A stretch of DNA of 64,000 nucleotides from Actinomycetota bacterium (GCA_020052375.1 JAGVPG010000002.1:30759-94758); one strand, 5' to 3'. Positions 50,345 to 60,347 are shown, numbered from the stretch's first letter. The notes: generated by a model from the letters alone, not told the origin. Program-made: numbers and translations.

Positions 50345-51016
50345 TTAAATCATCAAGGAAGAGTCAATCAGTTCCTTGATAAATAAAGCCCGTGGATGTA
50401 GAACGTGGTTCGAAGTGCATATGCCCGCGTTTATACCGTAAGCCGCCGCTAAAACAGGGGTCATGTCTGAGATCAACTCGCCGGCAAAGAACAAATCCTC
50501 GGTGTTTCTAGACATCTGATCTTTCTTGACATCTACAGACTGCGCTTCTTTTTTATACCTTACAGACAACTCGCTTCCGTATTCAGGAGATCCCGTGCAC
50601 AGGATGACAGCTTCGGCCGAAAACTTTTTACCGAATGCCGTTCGCACACCTTCTGTATTTTTGAGTCTATCTATCACGCTATCGACTTTTATTTGAAAAA
50701 GATCGAGGTTCTGCGTCCTCTCTAGAAGGTGTTTCATTTTTCTGTGGTAAACGAGGGGGTCTAATGAAGGCGCCGGATCTCTATCGGCCTCGCCTAGGAT
50801 GCGGTCCAATAAAAAAGGCATGGCCGCACTCGATCGCCTGAGCGCATCCATGAGGGGGCATGAGATTTCTTCAACCAAGTGTTTGGTTTCCCGGAGAAAG
50901 GCAATCATGTCTAGGTTTTCTGTAAGAAGCGCGGTCCTTGCTATGCGAGCTGAAGCAAGAGCTGCTTCACACCCGGCGTGCCCGCCGCCTATGACTAGTA
51001 CATCGTACCTCTCCAT
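50345..51016 (-). pseudogene. truncated MnmG-like fragment (223 aa)
   Basis: N-terminus [24 protein letters not shown] matches the MnmG FAD motif, and a later segment (LFFAGELISDMTPVLAAAYGINAG) matches the MnmG middle. The protein is only 223 aa with the intervening domains missing. It sits where gidA normally follows mnmE, and a 456-bp AT-rich noncoding gap follows it. Confidence 0.5.
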
Positions 51017-51120
51017 AAAAAAAGGATACAGGAATCAGAAGGAAAGACACAACTATAAATTGCTTATCTTGCTTAGATCCCTCGCTACGCTCGGGATGAC
51101 CACGCTGGCGGACATTGTGG

Positions 51121-52518
51121 TCATTTGCCGATGCAGAATTGGCTGAAGATCTTGTCCAGGATATCATCGCCCACTGTTTCCCCGACGATCTCGCCCATAG
51201 AAGACAGGGCTTCCCTTATATCGGACGCGGCAAATTCTTCGCTTAGCCCTGCTGTCAAAGATTCGCCGGCCCGGCTTAAAGAGAGGAGGGTCCTCTCTAG
51301 CGCGTCTTTGTGTCTAAGATTTGTGATGATATTGTCGTGAGTCACGATCGTGTCTCCGCTGGAGACAGAGTCGACCATTGCTGACAGCAACTCGTCTATC
51401 CCCGTTGACTTCTTTGCCGACACGCGCATTATTAACGCAACATCATCGCCTAGCACAGAAATTACATCATCTTCCGTGAGGCTTGACGGAAGATCGCATT
51501 TATTTATCGCGACCAAGAATGGTTTCGCCCGTGCTTGTTTTAATAAAATCCGATCCTCTTTTGACAGTGGCCCGGTCGCATCCAGAATGCACAAGACGAT
51601 GTCTGCATCTTTTATTGACCTTTTCGATCTTTCCACGCCCAACTTTTCTACTTTCCGCTTCGTTTCGCGCATTCCGGCGGTGTCGGCAATCAAAAGCGGA
51701 AAGCCCCGAAAACTGATTGGTTCTTCTATGACATCCCGTGTCGTTCCGGGAATGGGGGTTACAATGGACCTGTCCTTTTTGGTGATGGCGTTCATGATGC
51801 TTGACTTTCCTACATTCGGCTTCCCTACAATCGCGATCTTTATGCCCTCTTTAATATATACCCCCGGCCCAGCTGTCTCAAGAAGCCTTGAAGTCGAATG
51901 TATGATGCCTGATATCTTTAAAATGATCTCTTTGCGGGACCAGGGGGAGACGCCTTCGTCAGAGAAGTCAACAGAGGCCTCGAGTTGCGCAGAGACGCCC
52001 TTCGCGTGTTCGCGAATATCATTAATCTCTTGTGAGAGCCCGCCCTCCAGTTGGCGCAGGGCAACGAGCATGCTTTTTTCACTTTTTGCCCTTATTATAT
52101 CTATGACGGCTTCTGCCTGGGCCAGATCGATTCTTCCGTTAACAAAGGCTCTTTTAGTAAATTCGCCCGGCTCGGCCAGCCTGGCCCCCTGTTCTACAAC
52201 AACGCTCAGCGTCTCGGCCAGGGGCGCCGCTCCGCCATGGCAGTTTATCTCCACGACGTCTTCTTTAGTATACGTCCTGGGTCCCGCCATATATGAAACC
52301 AGCACTTCGTCTATGTGTCTGCTTGTCCGGGGGTCTATTATTGTGCCGTGACGCAGAGTGTGCGTGGCCATCTTGTCTATGCGTACTCCGCTCGCGGTTC
52401 TATAAACGGCCAGCAGTATGTCTAGCGCGTTTTTTCCGCTTAGTCGCACGATCCCTATTCCGCCCTGCCCCGGCGGTGTTGATATGGCTGCGATTGTTTC
52501 CTTGTCTGTCATCATCAA
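51121..52518 (-). CDS. mnmE: tRNA modification GTPase MnmE (TrmE)
   Basis: 465 aa with G-domain motifs GKPNVGKSS, DTAG and NKCD, and a C-terminal CIGK. Confidence 0.92.
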   Translation of the reverse strand: MMMTDKETIAAISTPPGQGGIGIVRLSGKNALDILLAVYRTASGVRIDKMATHTLRHGTIIDPRTSRHIDEVLVSYMAGPRTYTKEDVVEINCHGGAAPLAETLSVVVEQGARLAEPGEFTKRAFVNGRIDLAQAEAVIDIIRAKSEKSMLVALRQLEGGLSQEINDIREHAKGVSAQLEASVDFSDEGVSPWSRKEIILKISGIIHSTSRLLETAGPGVYIKEGIKIAIVGKPNVGKSSIMNAITKKDRSIVTPIPGTTRDVIEEPISFRGFPLLIADTAGMRETKRKVEKLGVERSKRSIKDADIVLCILDATGPLSKEDRILLKQARAKPFLVAINKCDLPSSLTEDDVISVLGDDVALIMRVSAKKSTGIDELLSAMVDSVSSGDTIVTHDNIITNLRHKDALERTLLSLSRAGESLTAGLSEEFAASDIREALSSMGEIVGETVGDDILDKIFSQFCIGK

Positions 52519-52660
52519 AGATCCCCGCTTCTATTCTAAAGGAAACTTTGGTGTTGTTCAAAAACAATCAATTTTAAATATATGGGAATTGATGTTATCC
52601 GATTTTGTGGGGTGTGAGCAGGCAGATATCTTGTTTCACGTGAAACAGGTTCTGGCGGAT

Positions 52661-53122
52661 TTAGCCCTCGGGGATTATGACTATATATCTTTCCGGTTCT
52701 TCTCCTTGACTTTCGGTTCTTATGTCCTGGCGCTCTAGTAGTGAGCAGTGTACTATGCGTCTTTCGAATGAGTTCATCGGCTCAAGCGGGACCGTCCTTT
52801 TTTCTGAGGCGGCCTGATCGGCCATTTTCTTTGCGTACTCCTCAAGCGTCTGCCTTCTTCTTTCCCTATATCCTTGTGCGTCGACTATTACCTTCAGCCA
52901 CTCATCCCTTCCCTTATTCGCATACACGTTGACGATCTGCTGAAGAGCGTTAAGCGTTCTACCTCTTGACCCTATCAATATGCTGAGGTCTTCACCCTCG
53001 ATGTTCACGGTGACCAGCGACGGCTCCTCGGCCACCTCTATCGTTGCTTGTATATCAAACAGCTCGAGTATCCTGTCCAGGAACTCTTTTATATCATCTC
53101 TTTTTTCGTTTTGGCTTTCCAC
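52661..53122 (-). CDS. jag: Jag/KhpB-like KH-R3H RNA-binding protein
   Basis: 153 aa with KH and R3H (ERRIVHCSL) segments. Position after yidC is conserved. Confidence 0.75.
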   Translation of the reverse strand: MESQNEKRDDIKEFLDRILELFDIQATIEVAEEPSLVTVNIEGEDLSILIGSRGRTLNALQQIVNVYANKGRDEWLKVIVDAQGYRERRRQTLEEYAKKMADQAASEKRTVPLEPMNSFERRIVHCSLLERQDIRTESQGEEPERYIVIIPEG

Positions 53123-53855
53123 TTTTTGCCCCCTCTTTAGGACCCGCCTTTTTTGCTTGAACGGGTTCTTCTTGTTCCTTTCTTCCTAAGAACAAGTCTG
53201 TAATATACTGCTGTACGACCATCGCCACGTTAAACACCGTCCAGTATAGAAGCACTCCGGCGGGCAAGCTGAAGCTTATGACGCCGATCAATACCGGCAT
53301 GAACGCCATGGTTTTTGCCTGCTGTGGGTCGGTCACCGTCTGCTTCTGTGAGAAGTATGTAGATGCTACTATCACTATGATAAGTAGGTAATAGGGATAT
53401 GCTTGTGCTAGCTGGGAGGTCAGGCCCTTTACGCCGAATTTTACGGCCGCCAGGCTCAGGTTCTCTATCGCATAAAAGCTTGTGCCCTGAAGGGGCTTAT
53501 AAGTCCTTAAGACTGTGAATAGCGCAAAAAATACGGGTAGCTGCAGTATCAGCGGGAGGCATCCCGACAGGGGGTTTACCTTGTGCTCCTGATATAGCTT
53601 GAGTGTTTCCTGGCCGAGCTTCTCCTTGTCTCCCTTATGTTTCTGCTGCAGTTCTTTAATCATCGGCTGGACTCTTTGCATGTCTTTCATAGACAAGCTC
53701 TGTTTTATCGTCAAGGGCAGGATCACTATGCGCACGGCCAGCGTCAATAATATAATAGACCATCCATAGCTATGCACATAACCATAGAAGAACTGCAAGA
53801 CGGCAATCATTATATCGGTTATCGGCTTTAAGAGGCCGCTGATCGCATTTAACAC
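53094..53855 (-). CDS. yidC: membrane protein insertase YidC (short form)
   Basis: 253 aa with the YidC/Oxa1 core LPLTIKQ...LYQEHKVNPLSGCLPLILQLPVFFALF. Confidence 0.85.
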   Translation of the reverse strand: MLNAISGLLKPITDIMIAVLQFFYGYVHSYGWSIILLTLAVRIVILPLTIKQSLSMKDMQRVQPMIKELQQKHKGDKEKLGQETLKLYQEHKVNPLSGCLPLILQLPVFFALFTVLRTYKPLQGTSFYAIENLSLAAVKFGVKGLTSQLAQAYPYYLLIIVIVASTYFSQKQTVTDPQQAKTMAFMPVLIGVISFSLPAGVLLYWTVFNVAMVVQQYITDLFLGRKEQEEPVQAKKAGPKEGAKSGKPKRKKR

Positions 53856-53882
53856 GCTACTTCTTCTCCTCGCTTTCCTTCT

Positions 53883-54092
53883 CTATTTAACAGGGTCGTA
53901 TCCGCCCTTAGACAAAGGGCTGCACCTTATGATCCTTCCGCCGGCCATAAGCCCGCCTCTTATAACCCCGTGCTTTTCTATCGCCTCCGCTGCGTATTCA
54001 GAACACGAAGGTATAAACCTGCAGCTCCTGGGCAAGGCGGGGGATATGACCCTCTGATATATCCTGATCAGGACCACGGCCAGCCTTTTCAT
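53883..54092 (-). CDS. yidD: membrane protein insertion efficiency factor YidD
   Basis: 69 aa with the YidD signature [27 protein letters not shown]. Confidence 0.85.
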   Translation of the reverse strand: MKRLAVVLIRIYQRVISPALPRSCRFIPSCSEYAAEAIEKHGVIRGGLMAGGRIIRCSPLSKGGYDPVK

Positions 54093-54433
54093 CTTCGCCC
54101 CCGGCTATCTATCCTGTTTAATATGTCCGTTATTTCTTTTTCCATATCTTGGTAATCCATATACGCTGCAGACGGCCTTGCCACTATCACCATGTCGAAT
54201 GATCCGCTCTTCGGCTCGTCATGTTTTCTATATATATCGCCGAGTCTCCTTCTTGCCTGGTTTCTCTTAACGGCGTTGCCGAATTTCTTGCTTATAGAAA
54301 AACCCAGCCGGCTCGTCTGTCGATCGCTTGGTTTATAGTAGACAACAAAGTGTTTTCCCGACAGAGAACTGCCTTGTCTATATAGACACTTGAAGTCTTT
54401 CGAGGCTCTGAGGCGTTCTTTTCTGGGGAGCAT
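54089..54433 (-). CDS. rnpA: RNase P protein component
   Basis: 114 aa: [15 protein letters not shown]...[24 protein letters not shown]. Confidence 0.85.
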   Translation of the reverse strand: MLPRKERLRASKDFKCLYRQGSSLSGKHFVVYYKPSDRQTSRLGFSISKKFGNAVKRNQARRRLGDIYRKHDEPKSGSFDMVIVARPSAAYMDYQDMEKEITDILNRIDSRGRR

Positions 54434-54446
54434 TGCGGATGCGCCG

Positions 54447-54581
54447 CTATGCCGCCAGCTCTTCGCGCCCTTTGCGCCGGCGGTTCTTTATGACTTCCTT
54501 CCCTGCTCGCGTGCTCATCCTTTTGCGAAAGCCGTGGGTTCTTTTTCGTGGTTTAGTTTTTGGTTGATATGTTCTTTTCAT
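54447..54581 (-). CDS. rpmH: 50S ribosomal protein L34
   Basis: 44 aa: [44 protein letters not shown], with the SD AGGAG upstream. Below the ORF-track cut-off. Confidence 0.9.
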   Translation of the reverse strand: MKRTYQPKTKPRKRTHGFRKRMSTRAGKEVIKNRRRKGREELAA

Positions 54582-54788
54582 AACAGGAGACATTATATCG
54601 GCGGCTCGCTGTCGTGTCAAGAATGTGCTTCGTTCTTATTGCTACTCGCTAAGTGCCTTGCTATAATTGTCTTCGCTCCAGCCCTAAAATCTTTGGAGCT
54701 TTGGCGCAAACAAGTGTTCTATTTTCGTTTCTTGCTGAACGCATACGTGGAAGGGTTTTAATGTGTCCTGTGACTCATCAGCGTTTTT

Positions 54789-54956
54789 AGTGGATAACAG
54801 AACTGTTCTTTTCATTGTTTTCCACATCTGTGGAAAGACTTGTGGATAAGTCCTTATAAGCGCAGGCGGCGGTTCGTCAACCGCGGAGGCAAAAAATATT
54901 AACACAGGACAACTTTTCCGATATGTCGAATAAAACTGTCAACATCTTGTGGATAA
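54789..54956 (+). promoter_or_regulatory. DnaA-box cluster (oriC/dnaA-promoter region)
   Basis: Two perfect TGTGGATAA boxes at 54841..54849 and 54948..54956. One-mismatch boxes AGTGGATAA at 54789..54797, TTTTCCACA at 54818..54826 and TGTGGAAAG at 54829..54837. All lie between rpmH and the dnaA operon. Confidence 0.7.
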
Positions 54957-54971
54957 CTTTGTACCATCTGC

Positions 54972-55784
54972 TTGTATCTCGGAGGCCGGATGCGCAGTCC
55001 CTTGTTTAGTCGCCAAAGAACGCTGGATGACCGCCCTGAAGACCACGGCGAAACGAACCCGTCTGTGCGCCTGGCGATCTATGACAGCCTCACGTCCATC
55101 CCCCGGGTTGTCGAGCTTTCCTCTGACGATTACCGGGAATTCATCGATCTTATGTCCAACAAGACGTACGAACTTTCACAGACCAAGGGTGGTCGTATTC
55201 CTTATACTGTCATCAGGGAGGTCGTCGAAAACCTTATACACGCTTATTTCAGCGAACCTGTGATCACCATACTCGACGAGGGAAACACCATAAGAATAGC
55301 GGACCAGGGGCCTGGCGTGACAGACAAAGAGCGCGCATTTGCGCCCGGATTCACCACCGCGTCAAAGGACATGAAGCAGATAATCCGAGGGGTCGGATCG
55401 GGCTTGCCCGTTGCTTCCGAGATGTTGAAGTGCGAGGGCGGCACGATCACCCTCGAAGACAACCTTGATAAAGGCGTTGTTGTGACGCTGCGCCTTCCGG
55501 CAGGCGCGGTCAAAGAAGAGGTCGCCGCCCCCTCTGAAGAGAAACAACAAGACGGTCTCGTTTTGACCGACAAGCAGAAAAACGTCCTCTTTCTAGTTAC
55601 AGAACTCGGGCCCGTCGGGCCGTCTCGTATAGCTGAGGAGCTCGGCACAAGCCTGAGCAGTGCTTATCGTGCTCTGACTTTTCTGGAAGAACAGGGGTTC
55701 GTCAAGGCGACCTCGCAAGGAAAGCGGTCCCTGTCCAAGAAGGGCATGGAATATCTTGAATTCTTAACGGCTGGTTCGTCTTAA
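54972..55784 (+). CDS. GHKL (HATPase_c-like) ATPase domain fused to a C-terminal winged-HTH; no DHp/His-kinase core
   Basis: N-, D- and G-box-like motifs (EVVENLIHAY, IADQGPGV, GGTITLEDNLDKGVVVTLRLP), then LVTELGPVGPSRIAEELGTSLSSAYRALTFLEEQGFV. Ends 16 bp before dnaA on the same strand. Confidence 0.5.
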   Translation: MYLGGRMRSPLFSRQRTLDDRPEDHGETNPSVRLAIYDSLTSIPRVVELSSDDYREFIDLMSNKTYELSQTKGGRIPYTVIREVVENLIHAYFSEPVITILDEGNTIRIADQGPGVTDKERAFAPGFTTASKDMKQIIRGVGSGLPVASEMLKCEGGTITLEDNLDKGVVVTLRLPAGAVKEEVAAPSEEKQQDGLVLTDKQKNVLFLVTELGPVGPSRIAEELGTSLSSAYRALTFLEEQGFVKATSQGKRSLSKKGMEYLEFLTAGSS

Positions 55785-55800
55785 ACAGATTGGTGGGATT

Positions 55801-57183
55801 ATGTCTGGAGAAACACAACTGGATGAAGTGTGGGGGAGGGCTCTCGGCTCTATAAAAAACAGGGTAAGCCCTCTGGCATTCAATACTTGGTTTAAAAACA
55901 CCTCGCCCGTAGCTATACACGAGGGTTTTTTCGTCGTCTCCACTCCAAACCGCTTCACAAAAGAGTGGATAGAGTCGCGTCACATGGGCTTGATAGAGAC
56001 GGCCCTGGTCGACGCCGCGGGATCTCAGATGGGAGTCAAGATCGTCGTAAGAAAAGATGTCTCCCTAGACCAACCCGCCTCCTCCGTCATGCTCGCCGCG
56101 GAGGCGACCCCACATGAAAAGGCGGACCCTCCGAAACCTCTCCGGCGGGGAACCGACCAGTTTAACCCCAGGTATATGTTTGATACGTTCGTTGTCGGCG
56201 AGGGCAACCGGTTTGCGCATGCCGCATGTCTTGCGGTGGCCGAGAATCCCGCTTCGGCATATAATCCGTTGTTCTTATATGGGGGCGCGGGGTTGGGTAA
56301 GACGCACTTGCTCCACGCAATAGGCCACCTTGGTAGGTCCTGCCACCCGGACAGCAAGGTCCGCTATGTAACTAGCGAGCGGTTCACAAACGAGTTCATC
56401 AACTCCATCCGTGATGAGCAGGCACTCGCCTTTCAAAGAAGATATAGGAGCACAGACGTTCTCCTGATAGACGATATCCAGTTCATAATAGATAAAGAGC
56501 GCACGCAAGAGGAATTCTTCCATACGTTCAATACTTTATATGAAGCACACAAGCAGATCGTTATCTCGAGCGACCGCCCGCCCAAAGACATGCCGACCCT
56601 TGAAGACCGGCTCCGCTCGCGTTTTGAGTGGGGCCTTATCGTCGACATCTCGCCCCCCGATCTTGAGACCAGGATAGCCATCTTAAGAAAGAAGTCGGAG
56701 TACAGCAACATCGGTGTTCCGGATGATGTTATTAATTTCATAGCCGGTAAGATCCAGTTCAATATCCGGGAGCTCGAGGGTGCGCTCACGAGGCTTGCCG
56801 CGTTTGCTGCTCTTACTAATAGTGAGATCGAGATCTCTCTCGCCAAAGATGTATTGAAAGAGGTCCTTCCCCAGACAAAACCAAGAGAGATATCCATCAA
56901 AGTCATACAAGCTGAGGTCGCCAGGTATTATGGCATCTCAATAGCGGACCTCACGGGCGCAGACCGCTCTCGTTTCGTCGCATATCCGCGACAGGTCTGC
57001 ATGTTCTTGTCGAGAGACTTGACGAGCCTTTCTCTTCCAAAGATAGGTGAGCTGTTCGGGGGTAGAGACCACACTACTGTCATGCACGCCGTCTCAAAGA
57101 TAGAGACGATGATAAAAAAGGATAAAGAGGCTTATAATCAGGTGCAGGAACTTACGAGTAGGATCAAACTCAAGAATTCTTGA
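55801..57183 (+). CDS. dnaA: chromosomal replication initiator DnaA
   Basis: 460 aa with AAA+ Walker A GGAGLGKTHLLHAIG, LLIDDIQF and a C-terminal DnaA-box-binding domain. Confidence 0.95.
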   Translation: MSGETQLDEVWGRALGSIKNRVSPLAFNTWFKNTSPVAIHEGFFVVSTPNRFTKEWIESRHMGLIETALVDAAGSQMGVKIVVRKDVSLDQPASSVMLAAEATPHEKADPPKPLRRGTDQFNPRYMFDTFVVGEGNRFAHAACLAVAENPASAYNPLFLYGGAGLGKTHLLHAIGHLGRSCHPDSKVRYVTSERFTNEFINSIRDEQALAFQRRYRSTDVLLIDDIQFIIDKERTQEEFFHTFNTLYEAHKQIVISSDRPPKDMPTLEDRLRSRFEWGLIVDISPPDLETRIAILRKKSEYSNIGVPDDVINFIAGKIQFNIRELEGALTRLAAFAALTNSEIEISLAKDVLKEVLPQTKPREISIKVIQAEVARYYGISIADLTGADRSRFVAYPRQVCMFLSRDLTSLSLPKIGELFGGRDHTTVMHAVSKIETMIKKDKEAYNQVQELTSRIKLKNS

Positions 57184-57392
57184 TATCCTGTGCACTAATA
57201 TTTCTATCTATTTGTTGTGTATGAAAACAACATGTTATGAACATTCTTTAAAGGTGCCGGTTTTATTCTCGACCTTTTACACTTATTGGTTATACACATA
57301 TTAACAAGCACTATTACTAAGACTATATTATTATCAAGGAAGTTGTAAGTATATATACTTGTGGAGAACTCTAGTTTCTAGGAGGGGTCTTT
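57184..57392 (+). promoter_or_regulatory. AT-rich dnaA-dnaN intergenic region (candidate DNA-unwinding element with degenerate DnaA boxes)
   Basis: About 70% AT. Contains TTATACACA and TGTGGAGAA (one mismatch each to the DnaA box). Confidence 0.45.
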
Positions 57393-58499
57393 TTGAAATT
57401 CCAATGCGAAAGAGAAAACCTGATAAACGGTCTTCAACAATGCCAAAGAGCCATATCTACAAAAAGCATGCTCCCTATCTTAAGTGGGATATTAATCAAG
57501 AGCGATGGAAAAACACTTAACTTGAGCGCCACAGATCTTGAAATAAGTGTAAGGACGAGCATAGATGTAGAGACAAAAGAAGCGGGAAGCCTTGTGGTGC
57601 CGGCAAAATTGATCCTGGACATATTGACCAATCTCGATGAGGAAAAAGTAGAGATAAGTCTGATAAAAGAGAAAGGGCAGCTGGAGATACTGGCCGGGGA
57701 GAGCAGGTTCGATCTGAATATATTCTTTGAAGAAGACTTCCCGAAGATCCCGGAAAGCCAGGGGGAGCCCACCTGTGACCTAGACGCGGATAAAATAGGC
57801 GCAATGATAAAGGAAGTGGCAAAAGCAGCATCAAGAGACGACGCAAAACCGATGCTGACAGGGGTCTTGGTCGAGATGGAACCGACAGCGATAAAGATGG
57901 TAGCCACAGACAGCTATAGACTTGCTATCGGAGAAGACAAGCTGGACAGGGGTCCGGGTGGAAATGTAAGCATCATAATACCAGCCCGGTCTTTACGGGA
58001 ATTAAACAGGATAATCGCGACATCCGACAAGCACATAGTCTCTGTATTCTTAACAGACAACCAGGTTATTTTTAGAATCGGCGGAGTGGAGTTGATATCG
58101 AGACTTATAGAGGGGGAATTCCCGAACTATAAACAGATACTGCCCGAGGGTTATGAAAAAAAGATAAGAGTGAACAAGGGAAGGTTCCTCGGTGCGACGA
58201 AAAGGGTGTCGCTACTGGCACAGAACAATACGCCGGTAAAGGTGACGACGGCAAATAATATGATGGTCATATCGGCGAACACACAAGACGTGGGAGAGGC
58301 AACCGAGCGGATGGATGTCGAGTTCCCCGGAGAAGAAATCAAGATAGCCTTCAATCCGCAATACCTGATCGATGGTATAACCAGCGTAGAGGGAGACGAG
58401 CTGGTAATAGAGGTGCTTGATCCCTTAAAGCCGGCCCTTATAAAACCAGTGGAAAAAGACGACTTCTTATATTTGATAATGCCGATACGAGTGTCTTAG
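57393..58499 (+). CDS. dnaN: DNA polymerase III beta sliding clamp
   Basis: 368 aa with MKFQCERENLINGLQQCQRAISTKSMLPILSGILI, the classic DnaN N-terminus. Confidence 0.95.
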   Translation: MKFQCERENLINGLQQCQRAISTKSMLPILSGILIKSDGKTLNLSATDLEISVRTSIDVETKEAGSLVVPAKLILDILTNLDEEKVEISLIKEKGQLEILAGESRFDLNIFFEEDFPKIPESQGEPTCDLDADKIGAMIKEVAKAASRDDAKPMLTGVLVEMEPTAIKMVATDSYRLAIGEDKLDRGPGGNVSIIIPARSLRELNRIIATSDKHIVSVFLTDNQVIFRIGGVELISRLIEGEFPNYKQILPEGYEKKIRVNKGRFLGATKRVSLLAQNNTPVKVTTANNMMVISANTQDVGEATERMDVEFPGEEIKIAFNPQYLIDGITSVEGDELVIEVLDPLKPALIKPVEKDDFLYLIMPIRVS

Positions 58500-58503
58500 G
58501 AAG

Positions 58504-59277
58504 ATGAGCGTACTAAAGGTCGTCCTGCTTGGAGTGATCCAGGGACTGACCGAGTTCATACCGGTAAGCAGCTCCGGGCACCTTGTTTTAGCCTCTCGTC
58601 TGTTAAACATCAAAGAACTTCCTATGTATCTGAATCTTCTCATGCACACAGGGACACTTCTCGCCGTTTGTTTCTACCTGCGCCGCGATATATATAAGAT
58701 AATCAAAGAAAGAAACGCAAGAATTATATTGCTGCTTACAGCGGCAACCACCCCCGCGGTAATTGCCGGAGTTGCATTAAAGAAGTTCTTCGAACAGTTC
58801 TTCAGCGAGCCATCGATGGTGCTGGTCTTTTTAGCCGGGACCGGGGCGATACTAATCATCGGGGAGCTGGCGGGCAAAAAAACCAAAGGCTTAGACGCGC
58901 TTAATATCAAGAACGCGCTCTTTATCGGGGTGATGCAGGCTGTCGCTATCTTGCCCGGCATATCAAGGTCCGGATCGACCATGTCTGCGGGGATGATATC
59001 GGGGATGAAAAGGGAAGAAGCAGCCAAGTTCTCGTTTCTTCTATCTATCCCCATAATCCTTGGAACCACGGTATTCGAGATGAAAGACGCTTCTTTCGGG
59101 AACGGGCTAAGAGAAGTCGTGATCATCGGTGGCGCCGGGCTTGTAGCCTCGGCGGCCTCCGGGGTCTTTGCCATTACGTTCTTGATGAGGATCATAAGGA
59201 CGAGAAATTTTTATCCGTTTGCGGTATATTGTATTGCATTATCAGCCATGGGACTATTGGGGCTGTCTTTAAGATGA
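58504..59277 (+). CDS. uppP: undecaprenyl-diphosphate phosphatase UppP/BacA
   Basis: 257 aa with VIQGLTEFIPVSSSGHL and PGISRSGSTMSAG motifs. Confidence 0.9.
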   Translation: MSVLKVVLLGVIQGLTEFIPVSSSGHLVLASRLLNIKELPMYLNLLMHTGTLLAVCFYLRRDIYKIIKERNARIILLLTAATTPAVIAGVALKKFFEQFFSEPSMVLVFLAGTGAILIIGELAGKKTKGLDALNIKNALFIGVMQAVAILPGISRSGSTMSAGMISGMKREEAAKFSFLLSIPIILGTTVFEMKDASFGNGLREVVIIGGAGLVASAASGVFAITFLMRIIRTRNFYPFAVYCIALSAMGLLGLSLR

Positions 59278-60293
59278 AGGAAGCAATACTATACGACAAA
59301 CAAGATAGTGGACGAACGAAATGCCGCGTATGCCCGTGGGCTTGCAACATAGCCCCGGACAAAGCCGGCGTCTGTTGCGTAAGAAAAAACACAAACGGGA
59401 CGCTCTACGCGACGACCTACGGTATTGTATCGAGCGTAGCCGCCGACCCGATCGAGAAAAAACCCCTTTTTCATTTTCACCCGGCGAGCACAGTGTTCTC
59501 GCTCGGGTCGCTGGGCTGCAACCTCAGGTGTAAACACTGCCAGAACTGGGAGATCGCCCATGCCCGCCCGAGCGACGGCGAAGAGGCGCGCGCATACAGC
59601 TTGCCGCCGGACGCGGCGGTCAAAGAGGCCCGGTCCGCAGGATGCAAGGGGGTCGCGTGGACGTACAACGAGCCGACGATCTGGATCGAATATACACTGG
59701 ATTCAGCAAAGCTGTGCCGAGAGAAAGGGCTATACACGGTTTATGTTACGAATGGCTACACAACTGAAGAGGCACTGGACACGATGGGGCCGTTTCTTGA
59801 CGCATACCGGATGGACGTCAAAGGATATACCAGGGAGTTCTATAAAAAGCTTACCGGCATCAAAGACCCCGCTCCGATCTTTGCTGCGGCCGCAAGAGCT
59901 AAGAAAAAGTGGGGCATGCACGTAGAGATCGTCACCAACGTCATTCCCGGCTGGAACGACGACGACCACCAGCTCGAACACATCGCGACCTGGATACATA
60001 ACGAGCTCGGCGACAAAACGCCATGGCACGTCACCCGGTTCTATCCGTATCTCGAGCTAAGCGATGTTCCCCCGACTCCCACGGCCACGCTCGAGAAGGC
60101 GCGGCGAATCGGCAACGAGGCGGGGCTCAAGTTCGTCTATATAGGAAACGTTCCCGGGCACCCGGGAGAGAATACGTACTGTCCGCGATGCGGCAATGTG
60201 GCAATCGAAAGACAGGGCTACCTGATCTCCGTCTACGATGTAGCGAATGGAAAATGCAAGAAGTGCGGCGAAGACCTTGCCATAGTCGAATAA
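59274..60293 (+). CDS. AmmeMemoRadiSam-type radical SAM enzyme (PFL-activase-like)
   Basis: ATG at 59274 overlaps the uppP stop. CNLRCKHCQNWEIA radical-SAM cluster motif, plus a C-terminal CPRCG...CKKCG. Confidence 0.7.
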   Translation: MKEAILYDKQDSGRTKCRVCPWACNIAPDKAGVCCVRKNTNGTLYATTYGIVSSVAADPIEKKPLFHFHPASTVFSLGSLGCNLRCKHCQNWEIAHARPSDGEEARAYSLPPDAAVKEARSAGCKGVAWTYNEPTIWIEYTLDSAKLCREKGLYTVYVTNGYTTEEALDTMGPFLDAYRMDVKGYTREFYKKLTGIKDPAPIFAAAARAKKKWGMHVEIVTNVIPGWNDDDHQLEHIATWIHNELGDKTPWHVTRFYPYLELSDVPPTPTATLEKARRIGNEAGLKFVYIGNVPGHPGENTYCPRCGNVAIERQGYLISVYDVANGKCKKCGEDLAIVE

Positions 60294-60347
60294 GCATGTT
60301 GACTTTGTAACACCACGGAGCGTACAATCTTTAAGTAGGACATATTC

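Noticed and set aside
51350-52351. 333-aa plus-strand ORF
   Set aside because: Antisense to mnmE, which carries unmistakable GTPase motifs. No supporting features.
54582-54971. tRNA, rRNA, tmRNA, RNase P RNA or SRP RNA genes in the larger intergenic regions
   Set aside because: No cloverleaf-compatible segments or hallmark motifs (for example GGAAAGTCC for RNase P RNA) were seen. Only the M-box could be supported.
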